Source: Myxococcota bacterium (lineage in GTDB: Bacteria; Myxococcota_A; UBA796; CAJQPC01). From it: a stretch of 64,000 nt of DNA. The stretch lies in assembly GCA_036012755.1 (NCBI GenBank), contig DASCPX010000027.1, positions 128,001 to 192,000 on the forward strand. The letters are read 5' to 3'. Positions 56,999 to 64,000 of the stretch are shown piece by piece. The notes below the pieces were generated by a model. It was not told the origin of the DNA. It saw nothing but the letters and a program-made list of their open reading frames with translations, and made no database searches. The position numbers and the translations under genes were made by a program. The first letter of the stretch is position 1. Each line of letters opens with the position of its first letter.

Positions 56999-57044
56999 CG
57001 CTCTCACCTCTCCGCCGCTTTATACTCCGCGGCGCGGAGAGACC

Positions 57045-57695
57045 ATGCAGAGCGCCATCGATTTGAGGACGTGGACATACATCGACATCCTCCAACCCCA
57101 GACAGCTGGGTTCGTAGCGACCATCTCTCGGGGCTACCTCCCGCTGGTCGGCCAGGCCTCGCTTTTCATCGAGGTCCAGCCCGGGATGGACGTGAACCGG
57201 GTGACGGACGCAGTCCTGAAGCGCACCAGCTGCACACCTGGAATGCAGGTCGTGGAGCGGCGCTACGGCGCGCTCGAGGTCCATCACTTCGACCAGGGCC
57301 AGGTCCGCGCGGCCGGTGATGCGATCACCGACGTGCTCGGCATCAAGGAGTCGGACCGGCTGAAGCCCCGCGTCGTCTCGGCCCAGACCATCACCGGGAT
57401 CGAGGGCTACCACTCGATGATCGTGAACCGCTTTCGGCACGGGAACTACATCCACGAGGGAGAGACCCTCTGGGTGCTCGAGACCCACCCGGCGGGCTAC
57501 GCGCTGCTCGCCGCGAACGAAGCCGAGAAGGCCGCCGACGTGGAGGTGCTCGAGTTCCTGAGCTTCGGCGCCTTTGGCCGCCTCTACCTGGGCGGGCTCG
57601 AAGAGGACATCAAGGAAGGGGCGAGAGCCGCGATCGCTGCGCTCGAGGCCATCGACGGCCGAGAGAACCCCGGCGCGCCAGCCACCTTCTACTGA
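57045..57695 (+). CDS. bacterial microcompartment tandem-domain shell protein (BMC-T, CcmP/CsoS1D-type)
   Basis: LRTWTYIDILQPQ, RGYLP, VVERRYGALEVH, DQGQVR, LETHPAGY..LAANEAEKAA, FGAFGRLYLGG. Confidence 0.92.
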   Translation: MQSAIDLRTWTYIDILQPQTAGFVATISRGYLPLVGQASLFIEVQPGMDVNRVTDAVLKRTSCTPGMQVVERRYGALEVHHFDQGQVRAAGDAITDVLGIKESDRLKPRVVSAQTITGIEGYHSMIVNRFRHGNYIHEGETLWVLETHPAGYALLAANEAEKAADVEVLEFLSFGAFGRLYLGGLEEDIKEGARAAIAALEAIDGRENPGAPATFY

Positions 57696-57740
57696 GCGAC
57701 TGCAACTGCATGGGTCGCTCCATGCGGATAGAGCAACGGC

Positions 57741-58484
57741 ATGTACAACCTGCTCATCGCACTGGGCGTCGGCGTCTTGGCCTTCGGACTGGGGACCCTC
57801 GGCGGGAAGTGGCTCTATGGCTTCGCTCCGGCGATGCTGGTGGCGCCGGCTGTCTACTTCTTCCTCGCGCGCCGCAGCGGCAAGCAGCTCGAGGCCATCA
57901 TGGCGAAGGCGATGAACGAGCTGCAGGACGGGCGGGTGAAGGTGGCGAAGGAGACCATCGCCTCCGGCTACCCGCTGGGGAAGTGGCAGTTCCTCATCTC
58001 CAAGCAGATCCACGCCCAGCTCGGCGCGTTGGAGTACATCCAGAAGAACTACAAGCAGGCGCGACCGCTGTTGGAGAAGGCGTGGTCGCGCAACTGGCAG
58101 GCCCAGGGCATGCTCGCCGTCATAGACGCCCGCGACAAGAAGCACGACGAGGCCATCGCCCGCTTCGAGAAGGCCACCTTCCTCGGCAAGAAGGAGCCCG
58201 TGATGTGGGCCCTGTGGGTCTGGCTGCTCCTGGATGCAAAGCGCGTCGAGGCGGCCATGAAGAAGGCTGCGGAGGCGGTCGAGACCTGCGAGTCCAACAA
58301 GACCCTCAAGGAGCTCCAGGCTGCCATCGCCAACGACAAGATGAAGCGCTTCAAGTGGGGCAAGGTCTTCGGCCAGAGCTGGTACCAGTTCTTCCCTGAC
58401 CAGGTCCCGGTCCAACGCGGCGCGTCCCCTGCCAACCACCCGAACATGCGCGGGCGCAAGACCTACCCCCACCCGCGCAGGTAG
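57741..58484 (+). CDS. membrane-anchored TPR protein
   Basis: Two N-terminal TM helices followed by TPR-like helices; basic tail. Confidence 0.75.
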   Translation: MYNLLIALGVGVLAFGLGTLGGKWLYGFAPAMLVAPAVYFFLARRSGKQLEAIMAKAMNELQDGRVKVAKETIASGYPLGKWQFLISKQIHAQLGALEYIQKNYKQARPLLEKAWSRNWQAQGMLAVIDARDKKHDEAIARFEKATFLGKKEPVMWALWVWLLLDAKRVEAAMKKAAEAVETCESNKTLKELQAAIANDKMKRFKWGKVFGQSWYQFFPDQVPVQRGASPANHPNMRGRKTYPHPRR

Positions 58485-58488
58485 CCGC

Positions 58489-60171
58489 TCAGGGCGCTCG
58501 GGCCCCCGTCGCGCCGCCGATGCCCACAGCGTCCGGCCAGCCGCCCTTGCGTGGGTCGCTGGCGCCCTCGAGGCTGTGCTCCCGCCGCACGATGACCTGG
58601 ACGGAGCTGTAGAAGGCCCGCTCCGAGATCTCGTGGCCTCGCGCCTCCAGCATCAGGTGTGTGTCCTTCGGGATGCCCTCGTCGAGGAACAGGGTCTCTG
58701 GCACCCACTGGTGATGGACGCGGGGCGCGCCGACCGCGTCGGCGGCGTCCATGCCGAAGTCCAGCACGTTCGACAGCACCTGCATCGTGCTGCTGATGAT
58801 GAAGGGCCCGCCGCTGCCACCGACGGCCATCACCACCCGGCCCTCGGCGTCGAGGACCACCGTCGGAGTCATCGACGACAGGGGCTTCTTGCCGGGCGCC
58901 ACGGCGTTGGACTCCTTGCCGACGAGGCCGTAGGCGTTCGGCACCCCAGCCTTCGTGACGAAGTCGTCCATCTCGTTGTTGAACAGGATGCCGCTGCGTT
59001 CGTCCAAGACCTGCGACCCGAAGCTGGTGTTGATGGTGGTGGTCAGGGCGACCGCCGCTCCTCCGGCGTCCATGGTCGAGATGTGCTGCGTCCCGGCGTC
59101 ATCCGGGATGCCGGCGAGCGTGCCGTAGTGGTCGCGCCCGAAGGTCCTGGTGGGCCAGATCGAGGCCTGGATCTCGGCGATGCGGGCATCGTCCAGCATT
59201 CGATCGATGGGGACCTCGACGAAGGCCGGGTCGCCCATGAACTCCGCCCGGTCCGCGTAGGCGTGCTTCATCGCCTCCGCCAACAGGTGGATATGGGCTG
59301 AGGAGTTGTGTCCCAAGGCCTCGAGATCATGGGCTTCCAACACCGCCAGCATCTGGAGCAGGGCCGCGCCTCCAGAGGACGGTGGCGGCATCGTCACGAT
59401 CGTGTACCCGCGGTAGGTTCCGACGAGGGGCTCGCGCACGGTCGGCTGGTAGTCGGCGAGGTCGCTCTCGGTGAGGATGCCCCCGGCGGACTGCACCGCG
59501 CCCACCATGTTCCTGGCGACGGAGCCGGTGTGGAGGGCCTCGCCCTCGGTGCGCGCCCAGGCCTCCAGGGTGCGCCCCAGGTTCCTGCGCCGGAGGTGGA
59601 GGCCGACGTGCACGTCGGTGGGGCCTCCGTCGAACAACAGCGGCGCCATGTGTGCCTTGTCGTCCAGGGCGGCTACGAGATGGGCTCCGGCGGGGAAACC
59701 GCCCTTGGCGAGGGTGATCGCCGGCCGGGCGATGTCGGAGAGGGACAGCGACCCATGGTCCCGGGCGAGCTGCGCCAGCCCCCTCGCCTCTCCGGGGACG
59801 CCGACCGCGAGTCCGCCGACGCGCGAGGCCAGCGGCACCACCTCGCCGCTGTCGTCGAGGTACATGTCGGCGTAGGCCGCAGCCGGAGCGACCTCGCGAA
59901 AGTCCAGCACCGTGCGCTCTTTTCCGTCCACGATGACGGCGAAGCCGCCACCCCCGAGCCCCGAACCCGCTGGCTGGACCACCCCGGCCGCGAGCACGGC
60001 AGCGACAGCGGCGTCAGCGGCGTTTCCGCCACGCCGAAGGACCTCGGCCCCGGCCCAGGACGCCAGCTCGTGGTCGGAGGCGACCATCGCCTGGCCGGTC
60101 TTCGGGTAGGGCGCCGCGGCCAGCAGACCGAGCGCGACGGCGGCGAGGGCGGCAGACCGAGCGAGCTTCAT
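58489..60171 (-). CDS. ggt: gamma-glutamyltransferase
   Basis: GGNAADAA, DFREVAP, PPPSSGG, GTQHIS, TTTIN, NNEMDDF, PLSSMTPT, GASDPRK. Confidence 0.96.
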   Translation of the reverse strand: MKLARSAALAAVALGLLAAAPYPKTGQAMVASDHELASWAGAEVLRRGGNAADAAVAAVLAAGVVQPAGSGLGGGGFAVIVDGKERTVLDFREVAPAAAYADMYLDDSGEVVPLASRVGGLAVGVPGEARGLAQLARDHGSLSLSDIARPAITLAKGGFPAGAHLVAALDDKAHMAPLLFDGGPTDVHVGLHLRRRNLGRTLEAWARTEGEALHTGSVARNMVGAVQSAGGILTESDLADYQPTVREPLVGTYRGYTIVTMPPPSSGGAALLQMLAVLEAHDLEALGHNSSAHIHLLAEAMKHAYADRAEFMGDPAFVEVPIDRMLDDARIAEIQASIWPTRTFGRDHYGTLAGIPDDAGTQHISTMDAGGAAVALTTTINTSFGSQVLDERSGILFNNEMDDFVTKAGVPNAYGLVGKESNAVAPGKKPLSSMTPTVVLDAEGRVVMAVGGSGGPFIISSTMQVLSNVLDFGMDAADAVGAPRVHHQWVPETLFLDEGIPKDTHLMLEARGHEISERAFYSSVQVIVRREHSLEGASDPRKGGWPDAVGIGGATGARAP

Positions 60172-60178
60172 CGAGGCA

Positions 60179-61183
60179 TCACACCACGAGCCAGGCCAGC
60201 GCGACGGCGACCTGGAGGGAGAGCGGGAGCAGCGCCTCGCGGAGCGGTCCGCGACACAGCAACAGCGGACCGAGGCCGCCGACGCCGAGGCCCACGGCCA
60301 GGGGCAAGGCGACGGGAGGTAGCGGATGGGCGGCCGTGTCGAGCATCGAGGCGACTACGAGCGCGCCGGCAGGCTCGCCGGCGACTGCGCCGAAGACGAA
60401 GGCCGCGCCGAACAGCAGCGGGTCCAGCCATGCCCGCTGCTCGACCATCTCGATGCCGACCAGCGCCTGCTCGAACAAACCCGAGTGGCGCACCGACCAG
60501 GCCACGAAGGTGATCGCACCGACCCAGGCGAGGGCCTCGAAGGGCAGCTTGCTCAGCCCCAGCGAGCGCCGCCCCATGAGCCCGAGGACCACCGAGCCGA
60601 CGACCAACACCAGCGGCGCGAGCTCAGGGCGCGCGGCCGCGAACAGGGCGATCGCCGCGAGCAGCGCGGAGGCAGGCGCGGAACCCTCGCCATCGATGCG
60701 GCGCCCCCCGGGCCAGGCGACCAGCGCCAGCAGCACAGCCAGCGGAGCCACCTCCGCGGAAGACACCAACAGCAGCGTGACCGGGGTCCCGATCGGAGAG
60801 AGCAGCCCACCCGCCGACGCCACCAGGGCGATTCGCACGGCCGTGCGGCCGTCCTGCGCTCGCGGCGCGAGGAGCGCGACGGCGGCCAGGTCTCCGAGCA
60901 GCGCGCCGGCCACGAGCGCCGCGAGCCCGGCGCTGCGGGGCAGCATCGGGCGAGCGGCCCGACCCGCGAAGCCGAGGAGCAACCAGGCCGAGAGCGTCCC
61001 CAGCTCCACCACGGGAGCCCCCGCCAGGCGCTCGACCGGCACCCAGTGAAAGGCGACCGCGCAGCCGGCGGCGCCGAGGACCGGGAGCACGGCGACCGCC
61101 GACCACCGCCGACCCAGGCCGAGCAACAGCGCGAGACCGAGCAGGACCCCGCCCGCCGTGGCGTTGCGGACGAGCAGGTCCAC
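60179..61183 (-). CDS. membrane transporter, IT superfamily (CitMHS/NhaD-like), divergent
   Basis: Highly hydrophobic; ASAGGLLSPIGTP motif. Confidence 0.6.
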   Translation of the reverse strand: MDLLVRNATAGGVLLGLALLLGLGRRWSAVAVLPVLGAAGCAVAFHWVPVERLAGAPVVELGTLSAWLLLGFAGRAARPMLPRSAGLAALVAGALLGDLAAVALLAPRAQDGRTAVRIALVASAGGLLSPIGTPVTLLLVSSAEVAPLAVLLALVAWPGGRRIDGEGSAPASALLAAIALFAAARPELAPLVLVVGSVVLGLMGRRSLGLSKLPFEALAWVGAITFVAWSVRHSGLFEQALVGIEMVEQRAWLDPLLFGAAFVFGAVAGEPAGALVVASMLDTAAHPLPPVALPLAVGLGVGGLGPLLLCRGPLREALLPLSLQVAVALAWLVV

Positions 61184-61794
61184 TAGCGCAGGCGGACAGG
61201 GTTCGAGAGCACGCCGATGCCCTCGACCTCGACCTCGACGACCTGCCCCGGCGACAAGGGTCCGACTCCGCTGGGGGTGCCGGTGCAGATGAGGTCGCCA
61301 GGAAAGAGCGTCATCACGTGCGAGATGAAGGACACGAGCGTCGGCACATCGAAGACCATGTCGCTCGTGCGTCCGTCCTGGCGCAGCTCACCGTCCACCC
61401 TGCAGGTGACGCGGAGATCGGCGGGATCGAGGTCCTCGACGATGCGCGGACCAGCTGGACAGAAGGTGTCGAAGCCCTTCGCTCTGCCGAAGACCTTGTC
61501 GGCGCGCTGGAGGTCCCTCGCCGTGACATCGTTGACGCAGGTGTAGCCGCGCACGTAGCCGAGCGCATCGCCGACGGAGACGCACTTCGCCCTCCGTCCG
61601 ATGACGACGCCGAGCTCCGCCTCGTGGTCGACGCGGTCGGTGCCGGGAGGGATCTCGATGGCATCCCCGGGACCGATCAGGGCGCTCGGAGCCACCAGGA
61701 AGATCTTCGGGACGGCTGGAATGGGCTTGTTCATCTCCTCGGCGTGCCGGCGGTAGTTGCTGCCGATCCCAATGATCTTGGAGGCTTTGATCAC
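61183..61794 (-). CDS. fumarylacetoacetate hydrolase-family protein
   Basis: IGSNYRRHAEE, DHEAELGVVIG, NDVTARD, KGFDTF, GDLICTGTPSGVG; GTGA overlap. Confidence 0.93.
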   Translation of the reverse strand: MIKASKIIGIGSNYRRHAEEMNKPIPAVPKIFLVAPSALIGPGDAIEIPPGTDRVDHEAELGVVIGRRAKCVSVGDALGYVRGYTCVNDVTARDLQRADKVFGRAKGFDTFCPAGPRIVEDLDPADLRVTCRVDGELRQDGRTSDMVFDVPTLVSFISHVMTLFPGDLICTGTPSGVGPLSPGQVVEVEVEGIGVLSNPVRLR

Positions 61795-62522
61795 AGCTGT
61801 GTCTCCAGGGCTTCGAGGGCCTCGGCGGGGTCCGCGGTGAACAGCAGCAGCCCGCGCCAGACCCACTTCTGCCAGTGGTAGTCGGAGATGCGTCCCTGGG
61901 CCACGGCGAGGTGGCAGCGGGGGAGCTCCCCACCGTAGACCTCTGAGAGCTCGTCGAAGATGAGATCGAACTCCTCCTCGTCTGGTCGGTAGCCGACGAA
62001 AAAGCAGACCGTCTTGCGCAGCACCCGCCGCGCGTCCTTGGCGACGCCGGACAGGCGGCTCTCGTCCGCGTCGGTCAGCAGGAGTGTCTCGGGCCGCTCG
62101 AAGCCACCCCAAAGCTTGTAGACGAGGAGCTTGCCTTCCACTGGCTCGGGGATCGGGTCGCCGGCGTACCGGACCTCCACATCGACCCCGGACTCGACGG
62201 CGGCCCGCTCGAGGAGGTCGTCCCAGCAGGTGGTGAAGATGCGCGGGAACATGCGCACCGCCGCGCGGTGGAAGGCGCCCGGTTCTCCCCCGCCGATGCG
62301 TTCCTGGAGGGCCGAGATCAGGGAGTCCCGACCGCGCCGAGCCGCAAAAGCCGACGATGCCTCCCGGAGCGCTTTGCGGCCCTCGAGCATGCGGGCGAGC
62401 CCTCGCTGGTCCGGGTACTCGGCTCCGGCCTGCTCGACCGCCTCGAGGCTCGCGCGACGACCCACGAAGAGCGCGCAGCGGCGCTGCCGGGTGGCATCGA
62501 CGACCTCGATGGGGACGTTCAC
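61791..62522 (-). CDS. SIR2-like (SIR2_2) domain protein with altered catalytic motifs
   Basis: ALFVGRRAS, IFTTCWDDLLE, VYKLWGG, FFVGY in SIR2_2 order; GTGA overlap with the kinase. Confidence 0.7.
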   Translation of the reverse strand: MNVPIEVVDATRQRRCALFVGRRASLEAVEQAGAEYPDQRGLARMLEGRKALREASSAFAARRGRDSLISALQERIGGGEPGAFHRAAVRMFPRIFTTCWDDLLERAAVESGVDVEVRYAGDPIPEPVEGKLLVYKLWGGFERPETLLLTDADESRLSGVAKDARRVLRKTVCFFVGYRPDEEEFDLIFDELSEVYGGELPRCHLAVAQGRISDYHWQKWVWRGLLLFTADPAEALEALETQL

Positions 62523-63505
62523 GCGACCGCCGCGACCGCCGCAGCGAGAGCATCCCGGTCGCGAACGACAGCTCCCATCTGCGCCACGGCCAGCGCAGCC
62601 ACCCGGGAGCCGAGGTCTCCGCTGCGCCCGGGCTCCCAGCCCTTGCACCAGCCGTAGAGGTAGCCGGCGGCGAAGCTGTCCCCCGCACCGGTGGTGTCGA
62701 CAGCGGTCGTCTCGTAGACCTGCACCTTCGCGATCTGGCCGTCCTGGGCGACCAGGGAGCCACGCCGGCCCATCTTCACGATCACCGTGGACGCCCGCGC
62801 AGCGAGCTCCACGATGGCCTCCTCAGGACCCAGTCCGGTGACAGCGCGAGCCTCCTCCTCGTTGAGGAAGACGATGTCGGCTTCGTCGATCGCCGCGTCC
62901 ATGCGCCCCCTGACGGCGTCGATGACGAAGGGGTCGGCGACGTCGAGGCTGACGGGGACCCTGTGGTCCTTCGCAAAGCGCATGGCCCGCTGCGCCGCCT
63001 GGACCATCGGCCCGCCCAGGAAGAGGTAGCCGGTGACGTGGAGCACACGGCAGGCCTCGATGATGCCCTCGAAGTCGCCGAGGTCGCTGAGCTCCACCGC
63101 GCAGCCGAGATCCGTGACCATGGTGCGCTCGGCGTCCCTTGCCGAGATGAGCGACAGGCACTTGCCGGTGTTCCCAGCCCCGGAGAGCTGCAGCGCGTGT
63201 CCGCCACAGGCCTCCTCGACGCTGCCTCGGTAGAGGGCCCCGAACGCGTCGTCGGCGACCTGTCCGCAGAAGCGGGCGCCGAGTCCCATGAGACCGAGGG
63301 TGGCGATCGTGTTCGCGCAGCTCCCGCCCGACTGGATCTCGACGCCGTGGTGACGGGCCCTCTCGAAGATCTCCACCCACTCGTCGTGGGGTCGTGGGTG
63401 CATGTGGCCGCGTTCGAGCTCGAGCTCGCTCAACAGGCGGTCGTCGGGCAGGCGGACCAGGGCATCGACCAGGGCGTTGCCGAGACCGGCGACATCGTGC
63501 TTCAC
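62519..63505 (-). CDS. PfkB-family (adenosine/inosine-like) kinase
   Basis: GLGNALVD, SGGSCANT, ERTM, FLNEEEA, DTTGAGDSFAAG. Confidence 0.93.
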   Translation of the reverse strand: MKHDVAGLGNALVDALVRLPDDRLLSELELERGHMHPRPHDEWVEIFERARHHGVEIQSGGSCANTIATLGLMGLGARFCGQVADDAFGALYRGSVEEACGGHALQLSGAGNTGKCLSLISARDAERTMVTDLGCAVELSDLGDFEGIIEACRVLHVTGYLFLGGPMVQAAQRAMRFAKDHRVPVSLDVADPFVIDAVRGRMDAAIDEADIVFLNEEEARAVTGLGPEEAIVELAARASTVIVKMGRRGSLVAQDGQIAKVQVYETTAVDTTGAGDSFAAGYLYGWCKGWEPGRSGDLGSRVAALAVAQMGAVVRDRDALAAAVAAVA

Positions 63506-63554
63506 ACGTCCTCCAGGATGAGTCCGCCCTAATCAGCCCTGGTACCCTCGGCAC

Positions 63555-64000
63555 GTGGCCCGCAGGCTCCCTTGGAAGGCCATCGTCGGCGTCGTGGTCT
63601 CGCTGGCGTTTTCTGTGCTCTTCCTCTGGAGCGTGGAGTGGGATGCGCTCACCGGCGCCCTCTCCGATGTGCATGGTGTGCCCGTCCTTTTCGCCTGCTG
63701 CCTGCTGCTGGGCGAGTTCGTCCTCCGGGCCGTTCGCTGGAAGGTGCTGCTGCGACCGGTGGCTCCAGAGGCCAGGGTGCGTGACCTCTTCGTCGCGACC
63801 GTCATCGGCGCCGCGGCGAACACGCTCCTCCCCCTGCGCGCCGGAGAGATCGCCAAGCCGCTGGTCGCATCCCGGAAGACCGGCGCCGCGTTCGTGCCCG
63901 TGTTGGCGACGGCCGTGATGGAGCGCGTCTACGACATCTTCGGCCTGTTGACCGTCTTGTTGACCATGGTGCTCGTCCTTCCTCGGGACCCCGGGCGGAG
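63555..64000 (+). CDS. lysylphosphatidylglycerol synthase TM / flippase-like (UPF0104) protein, truncated by the window end
   Basis: Manually translated: VARRLPWKAIVG...LRAVRWKVLL...ANTLLPLRAGE...ERVYD. Confidence 0.85.
   Translation, partial: MARRLPWKAIVGVVVSLAFSVLFLWSVEWDALTGALSDVHGVPVLFACCLLLGEFVLRAVRWKVLLRPVAPEARVRDLFVATVIGAAANTLLPLRAGEIAKPLVASRKTGAAFVPVLATAVMERVYDIFGLLTVLLTMVLVLPRDPGR

Noticed and set aside
47595..57695. Pdu/Eut metabolosome locus (pduO + BMC)
   Set aside because: The genes are 9 kb apart with unrelated genes between; no diol dehydratase or ethanolamine ammonia-lyase; stand-alone PduO is common
61791..62522. Thoeris/DSR-type antiphage system
   Set aside because: Catalytic residues are altered, no TIR/HerA/pAgo partner is present, and the context is a housekeeping operon
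63518..63532. ATG at 63518 as the start of the last gene
   Set aside because: It reads MSPP-stop; the real frame starts at GTG 63555

Overview
High-GC, very densely packed bacterial chromosome segment with about 60 CDSs, one tRNA-Leu(CAA) and a REP-like repeat array. It is most likely from a Myxococcota/deltaproteobacterial lineage: MYXO-CTERM-like tails, TIGR02266/PilZ-like and DUF4388-like domains, and a Haliangium-type BMC-T protein point that way. Recognisable housekeeping content is proC, rsmD, pyk, an alternative complex III operon (actABCDEF), epmB-efp-epmA, purF-purC, pduO, trxB, queG, ggt and a PfkB kinase. No integrase, transposase, prophage or CRISPR is visible. The most unusual observations are: (i) many exported proteins with ultra-short, charge-less signal/lipoprotein peptides whose starts are pinned by RBSs or gene overlaps; (ii) a tandem pair of surface-anchored proteins resembling eukaryotic BPI/LBP (TULIP) lipid-binding proteins; (iii) a lid-less Hsp70 fused to a PilZ-like domain, near a degenerate J-domain protein that also has a PilZ-like domain; (iv) a catalytically altered SIR2-like protein inside a metabolic operon; (v) an ACIII with a retained FS0 Cys motif and apparently swapped membrane anchors; (vi) an orphan BMC-T shell gene. 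All family calls come from motif recognition by eye; no searches were run.
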